Source of the DNA: a virus
Lineage: Duplodnaviria; Caudoviricetes
Virus record (IMG/VR): IMGVR_UViG_3300025131_000032
Coordinates: 1-63,828 of that record
Strand: one strand, 5' to 3'
Length of the DNA stretch: 63,828 nt
Part shown: one piece after another, positions 8,699 to 17,560 of the stretch
Numbering within the stretch: the first letter of the stretch is position 1
How the letters are laid out: each line of letters begins with the position of its first letter
Notes under the pieces: model-generated
The model's input: only the letters and a program-made list of their open reading frames with translations
Databases searched by the model: none
What the model was told of the DNA's origin: nothing
Made by a program: the position numbers and the translations under genes

Positions 8699-10389
8699 TG
8701 GGGTTTAAGCTACGGCCGTACCAGCGCGAGTGCTGCAAGGCTATTCAGGACGCTTGGCATGACCACCAGTCGGTGATGGTGGAGCTTGCGACCGGCACGG
8801 GCAAGACCGAGATATTCACTGAGATGCTCCGGCGGTTGCAGTTGTCTGAGCAGGAGAAGAGTCGCGGCTTGGTGGTTTGCCCTCAGTTACCGCTAATCGC
8901 GCAGGCTGCCGACAAGATCTACAAGCGGACGGGCGACCGGCCAGCAATCGAGCAGGCGTCTAATTGGTCCAGGGAGCATGGTAAATGGCGTTCTGACTTC
9001 ATTGTCGGATCCAAGCAGTCGCTGACTCTTACCCGCAGGGACGGGACGAAGCGGTATGAGCGGTTTGAGGACGTGGGTGTCCTGATAGTCGATGAGTGCC
9101 ACCTGTCGATCACGCCCCCGTTTATCGAGATGGTCGAGCACTTCCTGCGGGGCGGCGCCAAGGTCTTAGGGGTGACGGCGACGGCAAAGCGGCACGACGG
9201 GAAGGCTGAGGGAGTCCTGTACGAGACATGCGCGTTTCAGTATGGGATTCAGGAGGCGATCAAGGACGGGTGGCTAGTGGCGCCTAAGACTGAGGTGGTG
9301 ATGCTGAAGTCCCTCGACCTGAGCAACATCGGCACCAGCTACAACCAGTATGGCGCTGACTTCGCGGTAACTGAGCTTAACGAGGCGATTGAGAACCTGG
9401 AGACGATCTGCGAGATAGCGGATGCAGCGGCTCGGGAGACGAAGGGGCGGAAGACGGTGGTCTACTGTGCCTCGGTGGCGGAGGCGAAGTTGGTTTCCGA
9501 GCGGCTATCCGACCACCATGGCATCAAGTCAGGCTGGATCTGTGCTGACGAGAAGCGATGCACCAAGAAGACCAGAGAGGCCACGCTGGCGTCGTTTGTG
9601 TCAGATGACGAGGATTCCATCTCACATGTGGCGAACGTGGGGATTCTCACGACGGGGTGGGATTTCCCAGCTTTGCAGGCGATTGTGATGGCCCGTCCGA
9701 CCAAGTCTAAGCCTCTGTTCACTCAGATCCTTGGTCGCGGTACTCGCGCACTCGAAGGCGTCGTCGATTTCCCAGACTCCACCCCGGAACTACGCCGGCA
9801 GCGGATCGCGGAGTCGGCCAAGCCTGACTTCCTGATGATCGACTTGGTGGATAACAGCCTGGAGCACAAGATCGTCACCAGCGCCGATGTCCTGGGCGGC
9901 AATTACAACGTCGCGGTGGTAGATCGGGCCAAGGGAGACCTATTGGCCGCAGAAGGCCCTCAGAGCGTCTCTGACGCCCTGGAGCGGGCTGAGCGTGAGC
10001 TGGCAGCCGAAGAGGTTGAAATGCAGCGAGAGAAGCGTGAGCGAGCTGAGAGACGTGCCAGGGCTAAGGTGAAGGCTCAGCTGGAGTATGAGAAGCGCCA
10101 GGTGGACGTATTTGGGCAGGTTGAGGGGATTTCTCGCAGCCGGGGGAAGAGTAAGGCGACTATGCCGTTCGGGAAGTACAAGGGGCGGAGCCTGTCTGAG
10201 GTTCCCACGGGCTACTTGCAGTATGCGCTGGCTAACTTCACGTTGCATTTCACGACTGAGTTGAATGTGCAGGATGAGCTGGTTAGGCGGATGAATCCTG
10301 CGCCACGAGCGGAACCTTCGGCTAGTTTCGCGGTTAAATCGATGGAAACGGACTTGGACGACGTGTTACAGACCTTAAGGAGGAAGTGA
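8695..10389 (+). CDS. SF2 DEAD/DEAH-box helicase with C-terminal DUF3820-like module
   Basis: LRPYQ, ATGTGKT, DECH, TAT, TTGWDFP, QILGRGTR, MPFGKYKG. Confidence 0.92.
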   Translation: MMGFKLRPYQRECCKAIQDAWHDHQSVMVELATGTGKTEIFTEMLRRLQLSEQEKSRGLVVCPQLPLIAQAADKIYKRTGDRPAIEQASNWSREHGKWRSDFIVGSKQSLTLTRRDGTKRYERFEDVGVLIVDECHLSITPPFIEMVEHFLRGGAKVLGVTATAKRHDGKAEGVLYETCAFQYGIQEAIKDGWLVAPKTEVVMLKSLDLSNIGTSYNQYGADFAVTELNEAIENLETICEIADAAARETKGRKTVVYCASVAEAKLVSERLSDHHGIKSGWICADEKRCTKKTREATLASFVSDDEDSISHVANVGILTTGWDFPALQAIVMARPTKSKPLFTQILGRGTRALEGVVDFPDSTPELRRQRIAESAKPDFLMIDLVDNSLEHKIVTSADVLGGNYNVAVVDRAKGDLLAAEGPQSVSDALERAERELAAEEVEMQREKRERAERRARAKVKAQLEYEKRQVDVFGQVEGISRSRGKSKATMPFGKYKGRSLSEVPTGYLQYALANFTLHFTTELNVQDELVRRMNPAPRAEPSASFAVKSMETDLDDVLQTLRRK

Positions 10390-10664
10390 TGAACACAAGT
10401 GAAGTGCGAGAGTACGCGGAGAGCCTGCTCAGGGTGACCTCTGCGGCGGATCGGGGAAAGAAGATGCAGAAGCGGAGATTCGCGAGTTCCGACATGTGGA
10501 GTGACTGCTTGGAATCGATCACCCGTTGGAACCCCCAAGCCTACGAATACCGCATCAAGCCCAAGGAACCAGAGACGATCTGGGTCGCAGGCGATCGAGT
10601 GTTATTTCGCGGCAAAGACCCTCAACACCCCACTGCCCGCAAGTTCGTCGAGGAGATGCCATGA
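10386..10664 (+). CDS. hypothetical protein (YRIKP-type motif)
   Basis: W..WN...YEYRIKPKEP; shares motifs with 14565-14867 and 36991-37410. Confidence 0.6.
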   Translation: MMNTSEVREYAESLLRVTSAADRGKKMQKRRFASSDMWSDCLESITRWNPQAYEYRIKPKEPETIWVAGDRVLFRGKDPQHPTARKFVEEMP

Positions 10665-10873
10665 GTGATCGCCTCTCAGCAGCCATGGCCCTTCTCTTCG
10701 TTGCAGTGGCTGGGTTGATGGCGTTAATTCGGATGTTCTTCCCAGAGCTGAGTTGGTTCTGGGTATTGGTGCCGCTGGGTGCTCCGATTTTGATATTTGT
10801 GGGGACATTGACTGTGCTGGCGGTGTTGACGCTGGTGGTGTTCCTGACTGGCATATTCGACCGGAGGCTGTGA
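10661..10873 (+). CDS. small membrane protein
   Basis: two hydrophobic stretches, SWFWVLVPL; ATGA coupling. Confidence 0.65.
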   Translation: MSDRLSAAMALLFVAVAGLMALIRMFFPELSWFWVLVPLGAPILIFVGTLTVLAVLTLVVFLTGIFDRRL

Positions 10874-10995
10874 TGAATTACCTGGAGAAGTACCTCAGCT
10901 TCCTAAATAAACCGCCTTGGAAGTGGGATATTTTCCGTCCTATCGGCCTAGACGCGATCCAGGTTGACACATCCGAGATTAGCAAGGAGACAATA

Positions 10996-11286
10996 ATGGC
11001 ATTGGTTAAAGTTGATTACGAGAAGTACGAAGACCGGATTCCACCGCATACGCTTGAGACACTGCGGAATTACATCGAGCATGGTGTACCCACTGGCGGA
11101 TTTCTCCATAGCGTCCTGACCGACAGCCTTTTTGGGGCTTATGGAAAAGCGGACCCTGGGAATAGGGAAACCCTTGGTGACATTGTGATGTTCATTTACA
11201 ATGAAGCACCCGGCGGTTGTTGGGGATCTAGCGATCATGTCAAAGCGTGGCGGCGGAAAAAAGGCCGCCAAGGACGTGATGCATAG
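10996..11286 (+). CDS. conserved phage hypothetical protein
   Basis: AAGGAG RBS; YIEHGVPTGGFL..VL, AD..N, AP..CWGS (alternative start at 10873). Confidence 0.65.
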   Translation: MALVKVDYEKYEDRIPPHTLETLRNYIEHGVPTGGFLHSVLTDSLFGAYGKADPGNRETLGDIVMFIYNEAPGGCWGSSDHVKAWRRKKGRQGRDA

Positions 11287-11335
11287 GGGAGCACGCCGGG
11301 ACGATCTTGAGTGGCATATTCGACAGGAGGCTACG

Positions 11336-11530
11336 ATGAATTACCCCAATCGCATTCCCGGCTCGAAGTATTTCCGCGAGTATTGTGCGTGTTGTGGTGA
11401 GCCCATGCGAGTGGTTGGTGAGGATGTTGGGACTGAGCCATGGTGTGTTTCATGCCGCCATGGACCGCTGGCTCAGCATACTGGCCTGACGCCTCGGCAG
11501 AAGCATGGACTAAAGAATACTGGAGGTTGA
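11336..11530 (+). CDS. small zinc-finger protein
   Basis: AGGAGG RBS; CACCG...CVSC. Confidence 0.55.
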   Translation: MNYPNRIPGSKYFREYCACCGEPMRVVGEDVGTEPWCVSCRHGPLAQHTGLTPRQKHGLKNTGG

Positions 11531-11531
11531 G

Positions 11532-11780
11532 ATGCCGCGACAACTGACTAAGGCGGAGAGGAAGAGGTTCGATGCGATTAACGAGCTGATAATCAAGGCT
11601 CGGTTAGCCCAGCGTGGCCTTTGCCGGTTCAAGGGGTGGCAGGAGCACTCTAACAAGCTGCGGGCTGTTTGCTTGGCCCTTGAGCGGCAGTACATCGAGG
11701 ATATCTTCGAGGCGATTGACCTGTATGGGGTTGACACGGATGTCGTCTGTGGTGATAACTGTGCGCAAGCCGTTGACTAG
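11532..11780 (+). CDS. hypothetical protein
   Basis: GGAGG RBS; 82 aa. Confidence 0.55.
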   Translation: MPRQLTKAERKRFDAINELIIKARLAQRGLCRFKGWQEHSNKLRAVCLALERQYIEDIFEAIDLYGVDTDVVCGDNCAQAVD

Positions 11781-11789
11781 TCACCAACA

Positions 11790-12205
11790 GCACAACCAAA
11801 CCAAACGTCATAAAACATTGTTTGCTTTGGTTGTGGACAGTGGCTTTTCTCGGCTTGACCGCCGAGCATAGCGTTCGGCACGATGCCGGACGCTTTTTTT
11901 ATGCCCGGCCACAACTTGCCAACGCCGCCAGAACGATTACGACGGCGCCAACCCTCGAGCGGGGATCGTAATATCGCAGTCCAGGGCGTGTACGGGGCGC
12001 TCTCTCAGACACTCTCCACGGTTTGGTGACGACGCACGCCCGTGGATGCACTCTGGGCCAGCAGGGTGAAAGCTCGCTACGGCTGGACAACGAACAAGCG
12101 AGACGATGAGGTGCTGACGCTGACGCGATGCACATTTTCGTTTTTCATGGCCCCATTCGGTTGGGGTCGATGTCGGAACCTCGGCCTCTGCAATGCACAT
12201 TGGCC
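11790..12205 (+). ncRNA. candidate structured non-coding region/RNA
   Basis: ~410 nt with no convincing ORF and a series of stems (see findings). Confidence 0.3.
11870..11900 (+). terminator. intrinsic terminator-like hairpin
   Basis: GCGTTCGGCA-cga-TGCCGGACGC followed by T7. Confidence 0.6.
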
Positions 12206-12223
12206 TTCAAGGAGCTTGACCTG

Positions 12224-12427
12224 ATGACTATGCCACACTTAATGAACTGCGCACACTCAGAGGACGGGTGGTGTCTGGACTGCGTGTGGGCGGTTTGGGC
12301 CGAGCACGAGGGCCAACTATCGTCTCTTCGGCAGCAGATTACGGCCATCCGCCAGCAGCGAAATGAGCTTCGGTTAATAATTGAGTCGCTGAGGCCAACC
12401 GAAACCCAGCCCGATCCGCGGGGTTAA
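12224..12427 (+). CDS. hypothetical protein (Cys/His motif plus coiled coil)
   Basis: AAGGAG RBS; HLMNCAH...WCLDCV. Confidence 0.55.
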   Translation: MTMPHLMNCAHSEDGWCLDCVWAVWAEHEGQLSSLRQQITAIRQQRNELRLIIESLRPTETQPDPRG

Positions 12428-12460
12428 ATGAGTGGTAATTCCCTTCCTAGGAGACGAGTA

Positions 12461-12853
12461 ATGGCCAACCACTTCACTAACATCCTGATCTGCATCCAAG
12501 ACCCCGAGCAGGAGATTCCAGTCGATCTCCCCAGTGACCTATGCGAGTGGGTTGACCCGATGCCGCCAGTGCTTCGCAATTCGCCGCGCTGGTACGACTG
12601 GGCGGTGGAACACTGGGGCACTAAGTGGGGGACATACAGCCACGAGGTGACTCAGCTAGGCGGTGACTGTTGCCCCTTTGTCATCTCTTTCATCACAGCC
12701 TGGGGGCCGCCACATCCCGAGATGATGCGGCAGATTGTTGCCAAGCTGAAGGCTGAGTTTGCTTTCGATGAGATCTGCCATGTGGGCGTGGATCCGTATG
12801 ACGGCGACATTGAGGTTGTTGGTGAAGTTGCCGCTAAAACAGGAGACGAGTAA
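12461..12853 (+). CDS. YubB/DUF1281-like ferredoxin-fold protein
   Basis: WYDWAVEHWGTKW and FITAWGPP; AGGAG RBS. Confidence 0.7.
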   Translation: MANHFTNILICIQDPEQEIPVDLPSDLCEWVDPMPPVLRNSPRWYDWAVEHWGTKWGTYSHEVTQLGGDCCPFVISFITAWGPPHPEMMRQIVAKLKAEFAFDEICHVGVDPYDGDIEVVGEVAAKTGDE

Positions 12854-12856
12854 TGG
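12815..12856 (+). repeat. 42-bp direct repeat, left of the methyltransferase
   Basis: GTTGTTGGTGAAGTTGCCGCTAAAACAGGAGACGAGTAATGG is identical to 13944-13985. Confidence 0.95.
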
Positions 12857-13899
12857 CAAGGATGAACTATCTGGACCTTCTACAGAGAGAGCTTCCTCGA
12901 CCGTTAAAGCGTAGGACACGCAAATACAAGGCACTCGACCTTTTTGCCGGCTGCGGAGGACTTGCTTTAGGTTTTGAGGCCGCTGGGTTTCACACGGTTG
13001 GCTACGAAATGTTGGCCGACGCATGTGACACTTATTCTGCAAATCTGGCGGGCGAATGCCACCAGTTGACCCTGGAGCCAGGGCAAGATCTTACTGACGA
13101 AGCACATGTTGTAATTGGTGGACCGCCTTGCCAGCCGTTTAGTGTTGGTGGATTGCAAAATGGTAAGCGGGACAAGCGGGATGGTTTCCCGGCGTTTCTC
13201 TCGGCAGTTCAGCGATACAATCCCGATTTGGCGATGTTTGAAAACGTCCGTGGGATGCTGTATCGGAACAAGGGGTATCTTGAGTATATTGCCGATGAAC
13301 TGCGTTCTCTTAGCTACATCGTTGAGTGGAAGCTCTTAAAAGCGGTCGAGTTCGGTGTGCCGCAACGGAGAGAGCGTCTTTTCGTGATCGCTCATCGGGG
13401 GCCGTGGAGCTTTCCACAGCCGTCAGCACGCAATAGCGATTACACAGCCGGTGATGCTCTTGATGATTTGGCATTCAAGGTCCACGAAAACACCAAGTTC
13501 TTAACGAAAAGTATGGACGAGTATGTGGCACGATACGAGAAAAAGTCGCTTTGCGTTCGCCCTCGTGACCTTCACTTAGATCAGCCAAGCAGAACCGTTA
13601 CATGTCGCAATCTAAATGGCGCCACTAGTGACATGTTGCGAGTGCGCCTCCCCGATGGACGCCGGAAACGTCTTGTTGTTCGTGAGGGTGCAAGATTACA
13701 GAGCTTCCCTGATTGGTTTCAGTTCAGTGGTGCCGAAGGCAGCCAGTTCAATCAAGTAGGCAATGCAGTGCCACCCCTCTTGGCAAAGGCCGTAGCAAAG
13801 TCTGTGCTGCAATATCTCGAATGTGACAGGCGACTTTCCAAGAATGAAATCGCCAAGCATAACGCAGCGGGTCAGCTATGCCTGGATTCTGGGGAATGA
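12853..13899 (+). CDS. DNA (cytosine-5) methyltransferase, type II R-M-like orphan
   Basis: motifs I DLFAGCGG, IV GPPCQPFS, VI ENVRG, VIII QRRERL, IX REGARLQSFPD, X GNAVPP. Confidence 0.95.
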   Translation: MARMNYLDLLQRELPRPLKRRTRKYKALDLFAGCGGLALGFEAAGFHTVGYEMLADACDTYSANLAGECHQLTLEPGQDLTDEAHVVIGGPPCQPFSVGGLQNGKRDKRDGFPAFLSAVQRYNPDLAMFENVRGMLYRNKGYLEYIADELRSLSYIVEWKLLKAVEFGVPQRRERLFVIAHRGPWSFPQPSARNSDYTAGDALDDLAFKVHENTKFLTKSMDEYVARYEKKSLCVRPRDLHLDQPSRTVTCRNLNGATSDMLRVRLPDGRRKRLVVREGARLQSFPDWFQFSGAEGSQFNQVGNAVPPLLAKAVAKSVLQYLECDRRLSKNEIAKHNAAGQLCLDSGE

Positions 13900-13905
13900 T
13901 TTTTG

Positions 13906-13959
13906 ATGCCAGATATAGCCACTAGAATTGAAGAAGCCCAGCAGTTGTTGGTGAAGTTG
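13906..13959 (+). pseudogene. possible 5' stub of the cognate restriction endonuclease gene
   Basis: MPDIATRIEEAQQLLVKL starts 6 nt after the MTase stop and runs into the direct repeat; resembles BsuBI/PstI-family N-termini (recalled). Confidence 0.35.
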
Positions 13960-13985
13960 CCGCTAAAACAGGAGACGAGTAATGG
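13944..13985 (+). repeat. 42-bp direct repeat, right of the methyltransferase
   Basis: identical to 12815-12856. Confidence 0.95.
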
Positions 13986-14230
13986 TCACGTTCAGCAGCC
14001 AGTCCGATTTACGGGGCGACATCCTCGAGGAGTTGCGGGTTTGGTATCTTGAGGCGTTAGCGAAGGGGTTCGAGGTGATAGAGGGGCCAGAGCGTGAGCT
14101 GATGGCACTCTGTTGCTTGAACGACGTGGAGGCGGCTGAAGACGCCACTACGCAGATGAAGGCGCGATTGGCGGTGTTGGGTATTTTGACGGTAATGGAG
14201 CACATGGAGGAGTCGAGCGATGAGTCTTGA
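13982..14230 (+). CDS. hypothetical protein
   Basis: uses the RBS/ATG inside the right-hand repeat. Confidence 0.6.
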   Translation: MVTFSSQSDLRGDILEELRVWYLEALAKGFEVIEGPERELMALCCLNDVEAAEDATTQMKARLAVLGILTVMEHMEESSDES

Positions 14231-14867
14231 CGTTTACCTGAAAGTGACCCAGCCCAGCACGGTGTTCACGGCCAACTACACGCATAATTGCAATGTGATG
14301 GCTAGTGAGGCTGGCATTTATAAGCATTTGTGGCGACCGGATGAGCTTGGGATCACCAAGGCGCACGAGTTGATCGAGCCTCTAACTCAGGGGTTACTGT
14401 TGATGCGGAGAGACCCTGAGCGATTCGAGGCGTTGAATCCAGAGAATGGTTGGGGCTCGTATATGTCGTTTGTTCCGTGGGTTCAGGGGTATCTCAATGC
14501 CTGTATCGAGTACCCTGACGCGGATGTTGAAACCTTTTGGTCAGTTGGCCAGAAAGAGGAGACGATGAGTAAGCAAGAGACGATAGTGAAACTGAAGCAG
14601 TTGTGCGAGGACACGCTGGCGGCGATCGAGGCTGCAGGTCATGCTCCAGTTGCAATTGATTTTGAATTTACCGACGACGGCGGCGCATGTTGGCGCTTTG
14701 ATGATACCGCTGGTTTTGATTTAACCTGCCATTACCGCCTCAAGCCACCGACCCGCGTGGTCTACATCGACTTCAATGCGGATGAGGAGTGGTGGCATAG
14801 CGAGGCGGAATTTGCAGCTGCCTCGAACCCAGGCCGCTTCACCAAGTTCATCGAGGTCATCGAGTGA
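14220..14867 (+). CDS. two-domain hypothetical protein (probable gene fusion)
   Basis: N-terminal MSLDV..NYTHN..MA..AG..NPENGWGSY family; internal RBS and ATG at 14565 starts a YRLKP-type domain. Confidence 0.65.
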   Translation: MSLDVYLKVTQPSTVFTANYTHNCNVMASEAGIYKHLWRPDELGITKAHELIEPLTQGLLLMRRDPERFEALNPENGWGSYMSFVPWVQGYLNACIEYPDADVETFWSVGQKEETMSKQETIVKLKQLCEDTLAAIEAAGHAPVAIDFEFTDDGGACWRFDDTAGFDLTCHYRLKPPTRVVYIDFNADEEWWHSEAEFAAASNPGRFTKFIEVIE

Positions 14868-15121
14868 TTTTCCTCCTGAGCTTTGTCCAGGGGCTGTGTT
14901 TCAGCCTGACAAGTCGTTCCCGCAACCGGGACCACATTGGTTACCATTTCGTGGCGAGTTTGCTATCGAACGGGGTGTGGTTCTGGGTGTTGCGGTATAT
15001 GATTGTGTCGGAGCTAGGGGCATGGGAGTTTGTTTCATATTCATTTGGCTGTTCGACTGGGTCGATAGTGGGGTATTGGGCATCGGCTTGGGTTGAGCGG
15101 AGGTTAGGAGCGAAGGCATGA
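14864..15121 (+). CDS. small membrane protein
   Basis: three hydrophobic segments; SRSRNR...ASLLSNGVWF. Confidence 0.6.
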   Translation: MIFLLSFVQGLCFSLTSRSRNRDHIGYHFVASLLSNGVWFWVLRYMIVSELGAWEFVSYSFGCSTGSIVGYWASAWVERRLGAKA

Positions 15122-15342
15122 ACCAGATCGAAGCGTATTATGCGTTGCGGCGGGAGCTGAAGAAGCGGCGGAATAGGTCTCAGTTTTTCGCGGGGTTTTG
15201 GCAGCGGAAATTTGCCAATGAACCAGACGAGGATCTTCGGGGATTTGCGACCGATATGATGGACCGACATGAGTCCGAAGTGAGTGAATACACGCTACTC
15301 CTGGCCCGCTGCAAGCATGAGGAATTGCGAGGCAGATCATGA
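15118..15342 (+). CDS. hypothetical protein
   Basis: ATGA-coupled at both ends. Confidence 0.55.
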   Translation: MNQIEAYYALRRELKKRRNRSQFFAGFWQRKFANEPDEDLRGFATDMMDRHESEVSEYTLLLARCKHEELRGRS

Positions 15343-15635
15343 CCAAGCTCCCCACACGGGCCGACATGCAGGCCCAGATCGACAAGCTGACTGTGGAGAA
15401 CGCTCGGCTGACAACTCGGCTCCAGGGGCTGATTGAGGGCGATAACAGCCGGATGAGCGTGGAGTTGCTGTCCCGCCGGCTCGAGGACTATCGGAAGGAA
15501 GCGGCCATGGCTACGGGGCAGATCAGGGACAGTGTTAAGGAGTTGGGTTCAGAGCATGCGGAGACACGGAAGCGGGTGGAGAATGCGGCGCCTGTGGTGC
15601 GTCAGTTACAACAACAATTAGGAGAGTTGAAATGA
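15339..15635 (+). CDS. coiled-coil protein
   Basis: heptad pattern; coupled start and stop. Confidence 0.6.
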   Translation: MTKLPTRADMQAQIDKLTVENARLTTRLQGLIEGDNSRMSVELLSRRLEDYRKEAAMATGQIRDSVKELGSEHAETRKRVENAAPVVRQLQQQLGELK

Positions 15636-15811
15636 GCTGCCCCATCTGCGGGAACAAGGCGTCAGACTGCGACTGCACCCCCTGGGAGCGCCAGAGCTAT
15701 GACCTGGAGGATCGGGTTGAGGAGCTAGAGGCCAACCTCAAGGGACTGGCAGAGGCATGTGAGGAGATCCTTAAATCCATCGAGATCCTGGGCCGAAACG
15801 TCTTCAAATGA
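15632..15811 (+). CDS. 59-aa Cys-rich/coiled-coil protein (below the ORF-track cutoff)
   Basis: GGAG RBS; MSCPICGNKASDCDC...; ATGA overlaps on both sides. Confidence 0.55.
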   Translation: MSCPICGNKASDCDCTPWERQSYDLEDRVEELEANLKGLAEACEEILKSIEILGRNVFK

Positions 15812-16095
15812 GTAGCCTCATGCTCCCACCCGATACGAAGATCACCCCCTCAAACCACTCGGTCCAGCGATACCATGAGCGTAAGCAGTTTGGGGCGACT
15901 GCTCGGGATGTGGTATCATCGGTCACGGGTTCGAGGTATCTTGGTCGCCGGGAGCGGAAGAAGAGGACCAAGCTACCGGAGGTGGAGACGGGTCTCTTTT
16001 ACCTGATTTCAGATGACACGGGGTTTGTGTTCCTGATGCGCAGGTTGGCACCTGGGGACTTACTGGTGATTACATGCTATTCATTGGACGGGTGA
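15808..16095 (+). CDS. hypothetical protein, possibly a RelE/DUF4258-like fold
   Basis: SNHSVQRY.ER and a C-terminal LLVITCY. Confidence 0.45.
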   Translation: MSSLMLPPDTKITPSNHSVQRYHERKQFGATARDVVSSVTGSRYLGRRERKKRTKLPEVETGLFYLISDDTGFVFLMRRLAPGDLLVITCYSLDG

Positions 16096-16309
16096 ATTGT
16101 GGGATTCCCAACAGTGAAGTCGAGTCCCTGGGGGTTGCCTCAGCGCTCGCGATCCACGGTGCTATGGTCGGAGCGGCGTTGGCGGGTGGCGGTATTGGAG
16201 TCGCTACTCGCGGTAGAGTCACTGGCCAGGCGTAAGAAGATCGCCTCGGCCACGTCATTTTGCTTCACCAAGCAGGCGCTAGAGGTCAATTGACACAAGG
16301 ACGGCCAGT

Positions 16310-16531
16310 ATGGAATGCGAGGCATGCGGCCGTATCGACGAGGGGTTCACGCCAGATGGATATTGCCTGCATTGCGACATGCCCCACCCCCTAACTGTGG
16401 CTGGGCTATTGCGGGCGATCCGCAAGGAGTGGAGCGAGGATCAGGCGGAGAAGAGGTGGGTAGGTCCAGGTCGGCGCCCTGTCAACGTCGAGGACCACGG
16501 CAACTTATTTCCCCAGGGTCGGAGAGTATGA
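16310..16531 (+). CDS. small zinc-finger protein
   Basis: CEACG...CLHC. Confidence 0.55.
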   Translation: MECEACGRIDEGFTPDGYCLHCDMPHPLTVAGLLRAIRKEWSEDQAEKRWVGPGRRPVNVEDHGNLFPQGRRV

Positions 16532-16761
16532 CACGACAACGGAGATGGACGCCGCAGGAGACATCGATGCTGCGGCAGCTGTACGTTCAGGAGGGCCGCA
16601 AGATGAAAGACATCGCGGTGGTGCTTGGCCGGAGCTATCGGTCGTGTACCTGCCGGGCGTTCCTGATGAAGTTTCTGCGCAAGGGCGGGCATGATGTGCA
16701 TCGGCCTGACCGGAGCCATCCATTCAAGTCGAACTATCCGCCGCGGGAGGGAGAGGCATGA
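16528..16761 (+). CDS. Myb/HTH-like DNA-binding protein
   Basis: RRWTPQE...LRQLY...DIA..LGRS. Confidence 0.6.
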   Translation: MTRQRRWTPQETSMLRQLYVQEGRKMKDIAVVLGRSYRSCTCRAFLMKFLRKGGHDVHRPDRSHPFKSNYPPREGEA

Positions 16762-16943
16762 ACCCAACCGACGAGCAGCTCGACAAGATCATCGACATCT
16801 CGATGTTCTCAAACAACTACCAAGGCGACGACCAGATGTGCGGCCATGACACCAACCTCGGCACTCGCCAGGAACTGCGAGACGAGATTAGGGAGATACT
16901 CAATGGCACGGAAGCGAGTTCCCAGGACCAGGGCGGGCGCTGA
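16758..16943 (+). CDS. hypothetical protein
   Basis: GGAGGG RBS; ATGA coupling. Confidence 0.45.
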   Translation: MNPTDEQLDKIIDISMFSNNYQGDDQMCGHDTNLGTRQELRDEIREILNGTEASSQDQGGR

Positions 16944-17277
16944 GTGGACTGAGGCTCGGTTCTGGTCATTCCTGCGCAGTAACATCCGCCTTGCCAGTCG
17001 CAAGTGGCCCCCGATGTACGCCTGCAAGGCTCTTGCTCGGCGGCACTCCCAGCTCTCGGACAAGCGGGTAAAGTGGGAGTATCAGTGTGCGTTGTGCGGC
17101 GGCTGGTTCAAGGGCAAGGAGACCCAGGTGGACCATATTGTGCCGTGCGGCACGTTGAAGTCATTTGAGGACTTGGCGCCGTTCGTGCGGCGATTATTCT
17201 GCGAGGCTGACGGGCTGCAGGTGGTTTGCAAGCCGTGCCACGCGGAGAAGACTAACGCTCGCCACAAGGGGGATTAG
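16903..17277 (+). CDS. HNH endonuclease
   Basis: CALC...QVDHIVP...LQVVCKPCH..KT. Confidence 0.85.
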   Translation: MARKRVPRTRAGAEWTEARFWSFLRSNIRLASRKWPPMYACKALARRHSQLSDKRVKWEYQCALCGGWFKGKETQVDHIVPCGTLKSFEDLAPFVRRLFCEADGLQVVCKPCHAEKTNARHKGD

Positions 17278-17382
17278 GTGGGGATTGGTGGGGATTACTT
17301 AATTCGGACATCACTCGGACAGAATTAAGCGTAAAAGCCTTGTTTTTAAGCGATTCGGACACTTCTCGGACAGATTCGGACA
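17268..17382. repeat. helically phased short repeats (3x GGGATT, 5x TCGGACA); candidate iterons or operator
   Basis: TCGGACA at 17304, 17315, 17355, 17366, 17376; GGGATT at 17270, 17281, 17291. Confidence 0.7.
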
Positions 17383-17560
17383 TAATGGGGGGGACTATCT
17401 CGGCGGTTCTAAGACGACTGCGGACGCGCAGATCGCCACTGCCTTTTGTGTCGTGCAAACGGGAAACCGTGCAACCCCCCACCAAAATAATTACTCTGGC
17501 AATCACTTCGATCATCGTGTTAAATGACACTGAGGCCACCCCCATACCAGGAGGCCAGCA

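Noticed and set aside
16092-16293. small ORFs (a Gly-rich 47-aa frame, or the 64-aa frame 16099-16293)
   Set aside because: Two competing frames with weak RBS support; I cannot choose between them from sequence alone.
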